Notes under the pieces: generated by a model
Told to the model about the DNA's origin: nothing
The model's database searches: none
What the model saw: only the letters and a program-made list of their open reading frames with translations
IMG/VR virus record: IMGVR_UViG_3300021962_000035
Location: 57,824-121,823 of that record
Source: a virus
Strand: one strand, 5' to 3'
Length of the DNA stretch: 64,000 bases
Position numbers and translations under genes: made by a program
In this document: positions 18,635-29,676 of the stretch, piece after piece
How the letters are laid out: every line of letters begins with the position of its first letter
How positions within the stretch are numbered: position 1 is the first letter of the stretch

Positions 18635-21600
18635 ATGTCAAATTTTTTCTACAGAAGGCTTAATTTTTATGATAAAACTGGAAGTCCATTAAATTTCGAA
18701 TATATCGGAGCTACTGGACCGAGCGAGCTTGATCTTAAATTTACCTACATAACTAACTCGTCTGTTTCTAGCTCGGGTGCATGTTCAGTTGCTCAACTTG
18801 ATAATAACACGTCACCTTACATAGACTTAAATCCTACTGATTTAAACGGGTACTACATAAACAGTTGGGCAACGGAAGCAAATGATTATATTCTAAATGG
18901 AGCTGATGTATTTCTATACGGAAGAATTGCAGGTCAGAATGAATTCAGCGCAAAGATAACTTCGGTTGTTGACAATTCAACATATTACAGAGTAAACTTC
19001 GAAACTGATAGCGTATCTGGACAGGAGTTAATAAGCTTGGATAATCAGATATATTTCAACACTGTCTATACAAATAGACCGGGTGGATATTTTAAGGGTA
19101 ACATATATTTCGATCCGGTTTCTTCTGGACTTTACGAAAACCAGCAGATATTCATAGTACAGCTACTCGAATCTTCTGGTAATTTTGAATACGGACTTCC
19201 ACACACTGGGGTAACTGGAGCTACTGCAGGTGTATGGAGAACTAGATGGTACAATGACAGCTACGGCGAAACTGATGTATCTGAAATACTTTTTACTTAC
19301 AAGATCGAAGACCAGTTAGAGGGGGGTGAAGGCAAACCTCTTATAGTTAGCTACCCAAACATAGTTTATAGTGTTGATGCAGATCCTACTGACTCATTGA
19401 CTGGAAACGGATACGTTTCAACAAGCACTGTTAGTTCAGAGGCTCTTTCGATTAACGTTGCAATTAACGCAACAGATCTTGCTTCAAATATTTACGAGAG
19501 AAAATTAATAGTAGAAGATATCAGTAGTGGAACCCCACAGAAGGTAATTGAGATAGATTTCTATGGTGAAATTATTGGCGAGGATGAAAGATTTGATATA
19601 ATGCTTCGAAATATAGGTAGAGCTTTCTACCAAGAAGATTCGATTATATTAAGAGATCACGATCCGAATGAGCCCCTTCCGAATTATTTGGAAATAAACG
19701 AGAAAAGGAAAGAGCTACTTGTAGCAGGAGAGGAAATTTTTCCTTATTTGGGAAGTTATAAGGGGCTTATAAATGTAATAAAATTTTTCGGGTATCAGGA
19801 TCTTAGAATAAAGGAGTATTGGTTAAATCTTCAATACCAAAGCTTGAAGCTGGAATCGCCTTTGCAACAGAATGCACAGTTTCTTAGGGCGATAAAGAAT
19901 CAGCAGAAAGGTGGATATTCCCAAAGCTACCAGATAGGAGATGTATTAGACAATCCAAATTCAGGTAAATATAAGCTGGTTCAGACATATGGACCCGACG
20001 GGAACGGTAACTACGTGTTAGATGTTTCTTCAGAGGAAACCTTGCTTCCTAGCAGAACCTATAAAAAGACCTCCCTATTCGGTCTCTATTACGATATAAA
20101 TAAGACAACCGGATATGATTCTGATTTTGGATATCCTGAGGTTATAGATTCTTTTCAGTTTACTCAAGAGGAAGTTCTTATAAAGATGTTTGCACTAAAG
20201 GAAAGGCTCAAGAGAGATTATCTTCCTTTAAACGCAAGAATCATAGACATCACGGGCGAGGGTATTTACTTCAACGTTTATAATACTAAGGCTTGGACCG
20301 ATGTTATGGAAAGACCTGACATCGAATCAGGATTTTATACTGACATAAAGGTTACACCGGATTTTGGATTTTTAGAAGATCTTAGAAATTTCTCAACAAG
20401 ACCTTTAGCAAATTCAATACAAACCCCAAGCTCATACAATAATTATTATAAAATCGAATCCAGCGTTGGCGGCGGAACCGGAAGTGCTATGTATTTCTCC
20501 GGAATTCCTGCAACGGGACCGAATCCTTTATTGACGGTAACCGCGGGTAAAACATACGAATTTAGTTTCGATACAGATGGATTTGATCTCTACATAACAA
20601 CCGATAGCTCTTTAAATCAGAGCGATCCTATCGGATTAACTGGAAATGGTGCAACTGCGGGTTCTTCTAGTATTGTTTGGTATGTAAATCCTCAGCAGAC
20701 ATCTCCTGTTTATTATTATTCTTCGCCCAATAAGGCACTTCTGAATGGTGTGATCAATGTCTTGCCTTCCGAATTATCTGATCTTGGTAATATAATAGAC
20801 CCTCTTTCATTCCAACAGAATTATAGTGCAAATCAGAATCAATCACTTATAAGTTCAATAAGCGAATTCTATACACTTAAACAGAATTCCGACCTAGTTG
20901 AACTTGGAGATGGGAAATACGATCCACCTGCCTACATAGATCCTGTAACGGGACTCCAATACCAGACACCGATAGGAATGCCTATTATATTGGAGTTGAT
21001 CAGAGACATATGGTCTTGGGATGAGCTTAACATAAGCTGGTCTTCATTATTAATACCTTCGTTCAAAGTTGGAAGCAGGGTATTGTATAAACCCACAAAC
21101 ATATATGGAACGGTTACTAGCGTTGATTACTCTACAGGGATCTACGATATTTTACTCGATAATTCAACTACAGTAACAACTGACGAGTCCTCCTTATTTT
21201 CAAGCATCCAAAATTACACCATACTTAACTGGAAGAACGTAGATTTCTCAAACATGGTTGATATTGAATGGATCATAAATAAACCAGCAACACAACAAGG
21301 AAGCCCTTATAATTTTCAATTTAGAGGATCTATACTGGACTTTTATACATTAGCCCACTTTGTACCATACACTGGGGTTTATCAAGTAACTTGCAACGTT
21401 TATGATGCGTTTAATGCTAAAACAGTAGCAATCAAGAATGGAGCTATAACAGTTAGTCCTAAAGTTATAGATATCGATGCTTGGTCTAGATTTAGAGAGG
21501 TTGAAGACTATAGATGGAGAAATGTATATAGGGGATGGGACGATTACAGCTCTATCTGGGAATATCCCGCCGAGGGAAAATCTATAGAAGTTCTGGAAAG

Positions 21601-22813
21601 AACAATTCCTGCGGAAATACTTGATTTTGCAACATACGGTAATAAATCAGAAGAAGGACAGGATGTTTACGTCAAGGTCAACCCTGATCCAATAGGTGCA
21701 ACCGGATACGTTTCTTTTACCCAGTCTGAAATATCAATAAGCGACATATCATCGTATTTAATAATATCTGGACAATATGGTTTAGCAACAATAACTTGTT
21801 CAACTGCTCACGGTTTACAAACGGGAGACGAAGTAACTTTACTTAACACAATTTCTCAGCTAACTGGAAGATGGGTGGTGACGGTGCCTTCCGGATCAAC
21901 TACCACTTTTAAGATTCCTGTAACAATGGAATCTACTTGGAACTTTACTTATATTCAAACCGGTCCTACTAGAATCTCTGTTGATACATCAATATACCCA
22001 AATCAGTATTTTACTGGAACTGGATCTGTCTCAGTTTATGCTGGGGGCAGACTTATTGGATCAGCTGAAACGGGGGATTCCCTATACAGAACAGCTAATG
22101 CTATAGTTTCCTCTGTAAATTCATTGAGAACTTACCCCGATTATTTCGCATCTTGCTCAGATCCTGGCCTAGACCCTGTTACTGTTGTTATCAGTGCTCC
22201 GGATGAATTAGGCGCAGATCAAAACGGCGTGGCACTGGCTTTTGAAGTTAGCGGATCGCTATCAATATCATCAGCTTCTACTGGATTGACAGGTGGGGTC
22301 ACAGCAGAGGAAACTTACGTATACTGGACAGAGTCTAGTGAATCCCTGCCCAACTCAAATCTTAAATATTGGGGAACAAAGAGGATAAACTGGAACATAT
22401 TCTCTGATAATAACTGGGATAATGGATACGCACACACGTGGTTCGATTATGAATTTAATAATGATTGGCTAGGTGGTTATGAATTACATAATATTAATCC
22501 CGGTGATTTTATAAAGATTAGCACGGCTAATGAATTTGACCCATTCCCAATCGGTATAACAGTTCAGCCTGGAGTTTCCGCTCTAACTATACAGGAGTTA
22601 TCAAATCAGTTAAATAACGCTTCAGATCCTAATCTGACTAATTTTTATTACAGACCCATACCAAACGAGAGCGGTAGCTTACCTTTAAACTCTCCGCCGA
22701 TAAACTTGTCAATATCTAATTCGGTTGTTTCCGCATCTGGATATTTAGCACCTCCTAGTATACTTGGGGGTAATGGATTATTAGTAGCTTCTTTCAATTA
22801 CACTGCGGTGTAA
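18635..22813 (+). CDS. Large baseplate wedge protein (gp7-like) with accessory beta-domains
   Basis: GSYKGLINVIKFFGY wedge motif following gp25/gp6; internal cupredoxin-like, SH3/KOW-like and PKD-like (YTGVYQVTCNV) segments. Confidence 0.65.
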   Translation: MSNFFYRRLNFYDKTGSPLNFEYIGATGPSELDLKFTYITNSSVSSSGACSVAQLDNNTSPYIDLNPTDLNGYYINSWATEANDYILNGADVFLYGRIAGQNEFSAKITSVVDNSTYYRVNFETDSVSGQELISLDNQIYFNTVYTNRPGGYFKGNIYFDPVSSGLYENQQIFIVQLLESSGNFEYGLPHTGVTGATAGVWRTRWYNDSYGETDVSEILFTYKIEDQLEGGEGKPLIVSYPNIVYSVDADPTDSLTGNGYVSTSTVSSEALSINVAINATDLASNIYERKLIVEDISSGTPQKVIEIDFYGEIIGEDERFDIMLRNIGRAFYQEDSIILRDHDPNEPLPNYLEINEKRKELLVAGEEIFPYLGSYKGLINVIKFFGYQDLRIKEYWLNLQYQSLKLESPLQQNAQFLRAIKNQQKGGYSQSYQIGDVLDNPNSGKYKLVQTYGPDGNGNYVLDVSSEETLLPSRTYKKTSLFGLYYDINKTTGYDSDFGYPEVIDSFQFTQEEVLIKMFALKERLKRDYLPLNARIIDITGEGIYFNVYNTKAWTDVMERPDIESGFYTDIKVTPDFGFLEDLRNFSTRPLANSIQTPSSYNNYYKIESSVGGGTGSAMYFSGIPATGPNPLLTVTAGKTYEFSFDTDGFDLYITTDSSLNQSDPIGLTGNGATAGSSSIVWYVNPQQTSPVYYYSSPNKALLNGVINVLPSELSDLGNIIDPLSFQQNYSANQNQSLISSISEFYTLKQNSDLVELGDGKYDPPAYIDPVTGLQYQTPIGMPIILELIRDIWSWDELNISWSSLLIPSFKVGSRVLYKPTNIYGTVTSVDYSTGIYDILLDNSTTVTTDESSLFSSIQNYTILNWKNVDFSNMVDIEWIINKPATQQGSPYNFQFRGSILDFYTLAHFVPYTGVYQVTCNVYDAFNAKTVAIKNGAITVSPKVIDIDAWSRFREVEDYRWRNVYRGWDDYSSIWEYPAEGKSIEVLERTIPAEILDFATYGNKSEEGQDVYVKVNPDPIGATGYVSFTQSEISISDISSYLIISGQYGLATITCSTAHGLQTGDEVTLLNTISQLTGRWVVTVPSGSTTTFKIPVTMESTWNFTYIQTGPTRISVDTSIYPNQYFTGTGSVSVYAGGRLIGSAETGDSLYRTANAIVSSVNSLRTYPDYFASCSDPGLDPVTVVISAPDELGADQNGVALAFEVSGSLSISSASTGLTGGVTAEETYVYWTESSESLPNSNLKYWGTKRINWNIFSDNNWDNGYAHTWFDYEFNNDWLGGYELHNINPGDFIKISTANEFDPFPIGITVQPGVSALTIQELSNQLNNASDPNLTNFYYRPIPNESGSLPLNSPPINLSISNSVVSASGYLAPPSILGGNGLLVASFNYTAV

Positions 22814-22852
22814 AAAGATGTTTTTGATAATTACATAGACTCTTAGACTAGG

Positions 22853-22860
22853 GATATATA
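22853..22860 (+). promoter_or_regulatory. GATATATA candidate late promoter
   Basis: Intergenic, 25 nt upstream of ATG 22886. Confidence 0.62.
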
Positions 22861-22885
22861 ATTAAATTAAATTGTAATTCTTTAA

Positions 22886-24646
22886 ATGTCTTTAACAATA
22901 ACTCAGGGAGATTATGTATACTATCAGGACACCAGTTCGGGTGGTCCTAACGGATGGACATGGAATTTCTCTGGAGGTAGCCCAACCGGTTCTACTGCTC
23001 AGAACCCTTTAGTTAGATATCTCTCCCCATCAACTCCTGGATTCGATACCGTTTTAACCGCATCAAAAACAATACCAGGGGGAATCATTCTAACATCAGT
23101 TAAAACCGAACCTAACCTTATAAAGGTCAATGCAGAAAATCTTACTGTTTCTTTAAGTGCAACTCCATCAACTATAAGAATGAGCCAAAACGTGGTGTAT
23201 GGTGCTAGTGGACCTACTGGTAACCTATCATACTATACATGGTCTTTAGCAGGAACTGCAGGATACACAGGTTTGACTGCAAGTCAGTCTCTTAACGTTA
23301 TTAATTGGCTGACTCTTACCGGATCCGAATTGGGAGCAACTTATTCTACTTATTCTACATCGTCCAGTGTTACTGTTACCAGTATATTGTCAAACACCGC
23401 AAATTCTACGGTGAATGTCACTTATAGCAAGAATGGTCCGGTAGAGATCTATAACTATCTTGATATAGATATTTATCAACCAAACGTAAGCTATTCCACC
23501 ACTACTGCTGTTGCTGGGGGTGCACTTTTAACATCAAATCCTACCCTGGCACTATCTGGGTCCGGATATCTTTTTAATATCGATACTCATGCATCAGTCC
23601 CTAAAAATATAGACAATCAATATTTTAGAGCCCATGGGGAATTTCTTGCTTACTTTTCCCCTTCAATGGATTTTGCTTATCTTAGCCAGTATGGTTATAT
23701 TCCGGGACAACTGGTAACAGCTTTTAATGCACTGACCCTGTGTGGCCTGACACCTCCTCCATTGACGAGATATACCCAGGGAAACTATATGCTTCCTGGT
23801 GATATTGGAACTTATTTCGGAGACCAGTTTATTTTCGCCGATGTTCTTTCAGTGACTAAGACTCTTGTAGATAATAGATATTGGGCTGTCTCAGATGTTG
23901 AATCGATTGTGTTTAGCGATACTTCTGTTGCTTCTCAGTCTTCCAGATCTCTAGAAATTGCAAACGCTACTATATTCTTTCCTGTGGCTTGTAAAGAGAA
24001 CATAGACGGAGGATATACCGGGTTTTCTACGGGGAAGGGCGGAATTTGCTTACCTTCATCCAGTTTTGCCATAGGAAACCCTGAAATACACCTATTCTTT
24101 AACATAGAATACAGCCCAACCGGAAGTATATCAACCATAAATCCTGCATTGACACATCAGATAGATATTCCAATTTCTATGGGGGGATCAGTCGGAAATA
24201 CCCCCGATGGAAGCTTGATAACCGCTCAAGACTCTGCATTCGGTACCTTTTATGGAATTGCATCATTGATAAATACGGAGTTAACAAATCAGGGATATTC
24301 CGCGTATATCCAAGCGGAGGCTTCGCCCGCATATGCATGGGGAAAGGGACAAAATTCTTCGGGTGTTTTTTATAATGCGAATGAATTCCAGGGATTGAAG
24401 ATATCAATAATAGACAGAGGTCCTACCGGGCCTGCAAACCAATTAATTACAAGAATAACGATAACTGATAACGGCCCTTGGCCTATACCTTCAAATCCAG
24501 CTAACACGTATTCTGCTACAGGACTAACGGGAGGAATTACAGCAAACTGGTTAGGCTTTTATAATGACTATATAGCAAATCCTTGGCAAATTACAAATCA
24601 GGCGGATTCTCAACCTAGAAGAGAATGGTATTTTGGATTACCTTAA
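22886..24646 (+). CDS. PKD-domain structural/tail appendage protein
   Basis: N-terminal YQDTSSGGPNGWTWNFSGGSPTGSTAQNPLVRY is a typical PKD motif; Gly/Thr/Ser-rich. Confidence 0.7.
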   Translation: MSLTITQGDYVYYQDTSSGGPNGWTWNFSGGSPTGSTAQNPLVRYLSPSTPGFDTVLTASKTIPGGIILTSVKTEPNLIKVNAENLTVSLSATPSTIRMSQNVVYGASGPTGNLSYYTWSLAGTAGYTGLTASQSLNVINWLTLTGSELGATYSTYSTSSSVTVTSILSNTANSTVNVTYSKNGPVEIYNYLDIDIYQPNVSYSTTTAVAGGALLTSNPTLALSGSGYLFNIDTHASVPKNIDNQYFRAHGEFLAYFSPSMDFAYLSQYGYIPGQLVTAFNALTLCGLTPPPLTRYTQGNYMLPGDIGTYFGDQFIFADVLSVTKTLVDNRYWAVSDVESIVFSDTSVASQSSRSLEIANATIFFPVACKENIDGGYTGFSTGKGGICLPSSSFAIGNPEIHLFFNIEYSPTGSISTINPALTHQIDIPISMGGSVGNTPDGSLITAQDSAFGTFYGIASLINTELTNQGYSAYIQAEASPAYAWGKGQNSSGVFYNANEFQGLKISIIDRGPTGPANQLITRITITDNGPWPIPSNPANTYSATGLTGGITANWLGFYNDYIANPWQITNQADSQPRREWYFGLP

Positions 24647-24696
24647 TAATAATGAGATATCGGAAATAAAATATATAATTTACACTAGAAAATTAA

Positions 24697-27600
24697 ATGC
24701 CTAACAGTTCAATCTACATAAATCAAATAGCTTTAGATCAGGAATTCTATGTCTGGGCTTCGGGACAGGATCTTAGAAGATTCAATGGTTCCACTTGGGA
24801 ATATTATGACTCTACAAATTCTGCTGTTCCCTCTGCATCTCCTTACTATATGGACACCAGATCTATATCTATGGATAATGAGGATAAAGTATGGGTTGGA
24901 GCAGCTCAGGGATTAACGGCAGGATTTAATGATGTTGCTGTTTTTTATGTAAATACTAATAAAGTCACCGAGGGTAGAAGCTGGAATTTTAGTGATTTGG
25001 GAACATTTACTCAACCACAGGAGGTTTCCTTAGTTCACGCCTGTCAGTTTGGCGACGATATCCTTGCCTTTATTAACCCACTTAACGGTGTTGGTGGAAC
25101 TGCTGGTGTTAGTGCATATACTAGGATTACTGGTGTTACCGGGGGGAGACTTTTTTACTATTTGAAGGAAACCGACCAGTGGAAGGAAACTGTCGAAAAT
25201 TACACTTGGCCACACATATACGATATAAAAACCAAAGGGTATGGAGGGTTGGATTATTTCTACTATATGGGGACCTCAGAGGGTCTTTTTGTTGTACCTC
25301 AGGGATCTTTACAAACTTTAACACTAACGGACGGATCTGAATATATTCAACAGGCAAAAGTTTATAACACTAGCACTAGTGGGATAATCTCCGATAATAT
25401 TTACTGTCTAGATTTTGACGAGAATGGAAATCTTTGGATGGGCACTGACTCGGGACTTTCATATTTTAATGGAAAGGAATTTTGGAATTATGGTGTCACT
25501 GGAGGCCCAATAAGTTCTATAAAGTCTAGAGAAAATGGGCATGTATTTTACTCCAAAGGTGACGGGGAGCTTTTAAACGGTACAGGTATTTGGCATTTTA
25601 ATGGTACTACACACACTCAATTCAATACATCTAATTCATCCTTACTAAGCGACGATGTGCTCGATATAAAGCTAATAGAGCACGGTACGACTCAGGAATC
25701 TTTAACTATCCACGAGAACGATCTTTGGGTTCTTGGATATAACACTATTTCTCTTTTTGATTACGATATTCCGCATGTTTACGCCTCTTCTAAGTACGCT
25801 GGAGCAACGGGATGGAACTTTACATACTATACACCCACCGGAGGAGCAGCTCCTCTACCAAAGGTAAACAAATACACATGGACATATCCTGAGTGGATGG
25901 TTTATCAAACAGAATACTTAGCTGATAAGCATCCTGGTTTAGATCCAGATAACCTATTTTTGACTACGAAATTAAGTGATATAGCAGACGGAAGAGCGGG
26001 TAAACAAGCTTATTGGAACAATTGGCCTTTGCCTTCTTTCGAGCAGGATCAAACATCCGAATCTATACAACCTGCTGCTTGGGAAGATGCTATTTCTTAT
26101 ATTTCAGGTGCTTCAGGTAATATCGGAATGCTTAAAGTAACATCCGCTACAACACAGACTTTTCTGGGCGATAAAAAATATTACGTTGGTGGATACATTC
26201 AGCCTGACATTTACACAGGGACTTACTCTATTCAATTTGGATATTACGAGGATTCAACCCCAGCAATACTATCAGGTTATGGTCCTAGCTTAAATTCGGG
26301 TACTTCTTCGACATACAACTCGATGAACAACGGAAAAACTGGATTCGTAGTATCATATTCCGAAAGCGGTAATGTCGATTCTATACTTCCATTTAAAGGA
26401 TTTAGTACAGAGGTTCAGAGCTTATGTGCAAGTGACGATGGACTTTATTTATATGCCTCTGGTACTTTTGATAAATTCATCGAAGTCGGTGAATTTGTAT
26501 GGGGAGCATATGAAAATTTAAGCGGACCAACAGGAGCTACCGGTTCTCCTATAGGAATAACTAATTCTATGGTTCCCGGAGCTACCTCAGGCTCTTATGC
26601 TGGAATAGGAACACCTTCTAACGGAACTCTTATTCTTTCTGCCTCTTGGTTGGTCTCGATTGGCAGCGGTGATGCTGTAGCTTCAACTTATTGTGATTTT
26701 GGATTCAATGGTATAGCAGCAGGAACCGGTGGAAAATATAGTGATGTTAATATAGTTTATCTTAACTTCCTAGATTCTGGAAGTACTAATAGATCTTCGA
26801 CAATTCTTGCTAGATTAACCGGACAAACCATAGTAATTACTCAGGGTAGTAATACTGCATATTACAGAATAGATCAGATTTACAGAGACGGAAATTCATT
26901 TGGGATCAGAACTACCTATCAAAGTGGTGCTACAGTTTCATTCCCTTATAATAACGGAGCTTCAATTACCATAAGCTTTTATGATCGATATAGTACTGTT
27001 TATCCATATACTCTTTATAATGGGTCGTCCCAGGCAAATTCTAAAGCAATTTATGTTGCCAAGATAGGAAGAGATTTGGGTGACTCCTCAACATTTGCTG
27101 ATATAAATGGAGTTACTGGAGATTACCCAAGAAGTGTAAGAAAAAGATATAGAGTAAATTCGTTTAGATACTTTCCGCCAGTTTCGACGTATCCCGGAGG
27201 AACTGCAAGTACCAAAATAGATTCGTCCAAGTATTACGTAAATCTTGCTATAACCCACACTGCAAGTACTCCTGTTACTTTTAATGCTCTAAAAAATCAA
27301 TGGAATAGAACCACTGATTTACCAACGAGTCTTTCTTATATTGGGGATTCAGCATCAAATCAATTTGGAGCTTATGTTAAATTGGATTCCGATAATTTGG
27401 ATTTAGTCGAGATTGCTAATACTTCGGGGTCAACTGGAGGATTTTCTATAGGAGACATCAAATCAGCTAATAACGAAAGCGGAGTAATTATAACAGGTCA
27501 ATCCTCTGGAACTTTTAACATGATGGGCATAGAGGTTCTACACCCTTCGCCATCAGCAACTAAAAACTATCCATTCTACTTAATATCTGGGGCAACTGCT

Positions 27601-28710
27601 AACGGAATAACTGGAGGAATAGTAGATATAGGAGGAACCTCTGCTTATAATAACATAAAGAAAATAATTCCACTTAAGGATAATTCGGGATATTATGTAA
27701 GTACGGTGTTGGGAGATTATGGTCAGGGAATAACAGGTAGTTATTTCGGTAGTCAAACAGTACTCGGATCTACCGGACAAAATTACATATACACCGCTAA
27801 GATAACAGATCAAGCAACCTTAGTAAAAACTTTTAGTAATTCTACTGGAGTCCTTGATCCTGATATGGGACTTATAGCTTTCGAAAAGATAAATGATCAG
27901 CAGTTCTTTACCTCGTATGAAATTAATACCCCAGGATTAACCGGATATAATGTTGCTCTACTTAAAACAAATAACGCTAACAAAAATTTAGATTTAAAAA
28001 ATCTGGATCTCTTTGAAGGAAACTTAGCTTTCGCTAAGGATTCAGATTCTAATATATTTATGTTCGGAGTTAACACGGGAGGAACAGCGGGAGGAACCGG
28101 CAGCTTTATCTCTTTTGGATCGACCGGGGGATTTGCTGCTCTTTCTGAGCAGTACTATCCGGATCTAGGTATAAATTTAGGAAATATAATCTCCAGGCCT
28201 GGATCAGGAGCTTGGACATGGTGCGATGTTCACTCCACTGATAACTATATGGAAGTACCTCTTTTATCTACCGTAGTATTCAGTAACTATGCTTCAAACA
28301 TATACGGTAAAAATAGCAATAAATGGATTCTAAGTAATCCTGAAACCGGCGAGGAGTATCTAAATGTGAAGGAAACTCCTTATTTTATATACACTTTCAT
28401 TAATCCAGGATTCTACAGCATATACAATCAGGTGGAGGATTCATATGGTAATATCTATGAAGTTTCCAAACCCGGATTCATAAAAGTTGTGAATCATAAA
28501 GAGAAAAGAGCAGACGATCCTAGACCAGATTTTGTTGACTCTAGTGACTACACTCTGGAAACTCCTTTAGAATCAAGAAGAGCTTATCAAACTTCAAGAT
28601 TAAACAGAGAATTAGAGGCTGATGAAAAATCAATAATGGAAGCTAACGAAGGCCAATTCGGATCTGCAGTTATCATTCCTGATAATCCAGATGCAACTTT
28701 TAATCGCTAA
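24697..28710 (+). CDS. Beta-propeller (Reg_prop/PorZ-like) tail appendage protein with C-terminal PKD-like domain
   Basis: IISDNIYCLDFDENGNLWMGTDSGLSYFNG and LLSDDVLDI...LWV repeats; C-terminal FIYTFINPGFYSI; AATATATA at 24670-24677 upstream. Confidence 0.7.
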   Translation: MPNSSIYINQIALDQEFYVWASGQDLRRFNGSTWEYYDSTNSAVPSASPYYMDTRSISMDNEDKVWVGAAQGLTAGFNDVAVFYVNTNKVTEGRSWNFSDLGTFTQPQEVSLVHACQFGDDILAFINPLNGVGGTAGVSAYTRITGVTGGRLFYYLKETDQWKETVENYTWPHIYDIKTKGYGGLDYFYYMGTSEGLFVVPQGSLQTLTLTDGSEYIQQAKVYNTSTSGIISDNIYCLDFDENGNLWMGTDSGLSYFNGKEFWNYGVTGGPISSIKSRENGHVFYSKGDGELLNGTGIWHFNGTTHTQFNTSNSSLLSDDVLDIKLIEHGTTQESLTIHENDLWVLGYNTISLFDYDIPHVYASSKYAGATGWNFTYYTPTGGAAPLPKVNKYTWTYPEWMVYQTEYLADKHPGLDPDNLFLTTKLSDIADGRAGKQAYWNNWPLPSFEQDQTSESIQPAAWEDAISYISGASGNIGMLKVTSATTQTFLGDKKYYVGGYIQPDIYTGTYSIQFGYYEDSTPAILSGYGPSLNSGTSSTYNSMNNGKTGFVVSYSESGNVDSILPFKGFSTEVQSLCASDDGLYLYASGTFDKFIEVGEFVWGAYENLSGPTGATGSPIGITNSMVPGATSGSYAGIGTPSNGTLILSASWLVSIGSGDAVASTYCDFGFNGIAAGTGGKYSDVNIVYLNFLDSGSTNRSSTILARLTGQTIVITQGSNTAYYRIDQIYRDGNSFGIRTTYQSGATVSFPYNNGASITISFYDRYSTVYPYTLYNGSSQANSKAIYVAKIGRDLGDSSTFADINGVTGDYPRSVRKRYRVNSFRYFPPVSTYPGGTASTKIDSSKYYVNLAITHTASTPVTFNALKNQWNRTTDLPTSLSYIGDSASNQFGAYVKLDSDNLDLVEIANTSGSTGGFSIGDIKSANNESGVIITGQSSGTFNMMGIEVLHPSPSATKNYPFYLISGATANGITGGIVDIGGTSAYNNIKKIIPLKDNSGYYVSTVLGDYGQGITGSYFGSQTVLGSTGQNYIYTAKITDQATLVKTFSNSTGVLDPDMGLIAFEKINDQQFFTSYEINTPGLTGYNVALLKTNNANKNLDLKNLDLFEGNLAFAKDSDSNIFMFGVNTGGTAGGTGSFISFGSTGGFAALSEQYYPDLGINLGNIISRPGSGAWTWCDVHSTDNYMEVPLLSTVVFSNYASNIYGKNSNKWILSNPETGEEYLNVKETPYFIYTFINPGFYSIYNQVEDSYGNIYEVSKPGFIKVVNHKEKRADDPRPDFVDSSDYTLETPLESRRAYQTSRLNRELEADEKSIMEANEGQFGSAVIIPDNPDATFNR

Positions 28711-29474
28711 TTAGAATTACCCGGCTTAGTATTTTTTTCTTCCCATTCGTCAAAGGTTTCCTCTATCAGTCTCACGATAGGATCTCTAACAATGTCGCTT
28801 ACGGCAAAGTGCATAGTTCCGATGTCATCTTTGTTCTCGAATAGTCTAATAACTAGATCTAATGAAGAAAACTTAGAGTTCTTCATATCAATCTGTTTTG
28901 TATCTCCAGTGATGATCATTTTAGTGTCAGTACCTATTCTGGTCATCGTCGATCTCATGTTTTTCTGAGTGATATTCTGAGCTTCGTCAACTATGATAAT
29001 AGCGTTATCGATAGATCTACCCCTAATGAAAGCTAAAGGTAACACTTCAATGTAACCCTGATCTACCATGATTTGAGTTAGTCCTTCGCCTATTATCTTG
29101 TGGAAGTTATCTAGAAATGATATGGTAAACGGAAGCATTTTTTCTTTAAGATCTCCCTTGAGAAATCCAACCTCTTCTCCCTCAAGAACCGTCACACTTT
29201 TAACGAGTATGATTTTCTTAAATCTTGAATCTGTTTTTAGAAGTTTTAATGCTTGAGCACAAGCGAGATAAGTTTTACCTGTTCCTGCAGGGCCTGCTAC
29301 AATAGTTATCTTATTGTTGTTTATTAAGGTTACTAGAGACTTTTGGCTTTCGTTTTTGAATTTGTAATCCAGTTTCAATTTTTCTAAATTGAAAGATCCA
29401 TTAGATGGCTGATACCCCGGTGGGAATGTCTCGTAAAATTCTTCGTCGCTAATTCTTTTTTTTCTGTTCGCCAT
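28707..29474 (-). CDS. phoH: PhoH family ATPase
   Basis: Walker A GPAGTGKT, IRGRS, IIVDEAQN, TGDTKQID, VRDPIV motifs; track start 29495 (GTG), ATG 29474 (MANRKKR) preferred. Confidence 0.95.
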   Translation of the reverse strand: MANRKKRISDEEFYETFPPGYQPSNGSFNLEKLKLDYKFKNESQKSLVTLINNNKITIVAGPAGTGKTYLACAQALKLLKTDSRFKKIILVKSVTVLEGEEVGFLKGDLKEKMLPFTISFLDNFHKIIGEGLTQIMVDQGYIEVLPLAFIRGRSIDNAIIIVDEAQNITQKNMRSTMTRIGTDTKMIITGDTKQIDMKNSKFSSLDLVIRLFENKDDIGTMHFAVSDIVRDPIVRLIEETFDEWEEKNTKPGNSN

Positions 29475-29484
29475 ATTATATTTT

Positions 29485-29643
29485 TTATTGTACACCAGGA
29501 TTTAACACCTTCCTAGGCTGTTTATTCTTACTTAATAAAATTATTGATTTTTTTGGGATTATTGGGGAATAAATCTCCTTTTTTTGACTTAAAGATATGT
29601 CTTCGATGTCATTTATGGTAAGTTTGTGTTTTTGTACTGCCAT
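29485..29643 (-). CDS. Small basic protein, 52 aa (MAVQKHKLTINDIEDISLSQKKEIYSPIIPKKSIILLSKNKQPRKVLNPGVQ)
   Basis: Translated by hand (below the track cutoff); fills the gap between a minus-strand AATATATA (29669-29676) and phoH; stop 10 nt before the phoH ATG. Confidence 0.6.
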   Translation of the reverse strand: MAVQKHKLTINDIEDISLSQKKEIYSPIIPKKSIILLSKNKQPRKVLNPGVQ

Positions 29644-29666
29644 ATTTAAGTGTTGTCTGAGACATA

Positions 29667-29676
29667 GATATATATT
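29667..29676. promoter_or_regulatory. Overlapping bidirectional element GATATATATT (GATATATA on +, AATATATA on -)
   Basis: Lies between divergent starts at 29643 (-) and 29705 (+). Confidence 0.55.
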
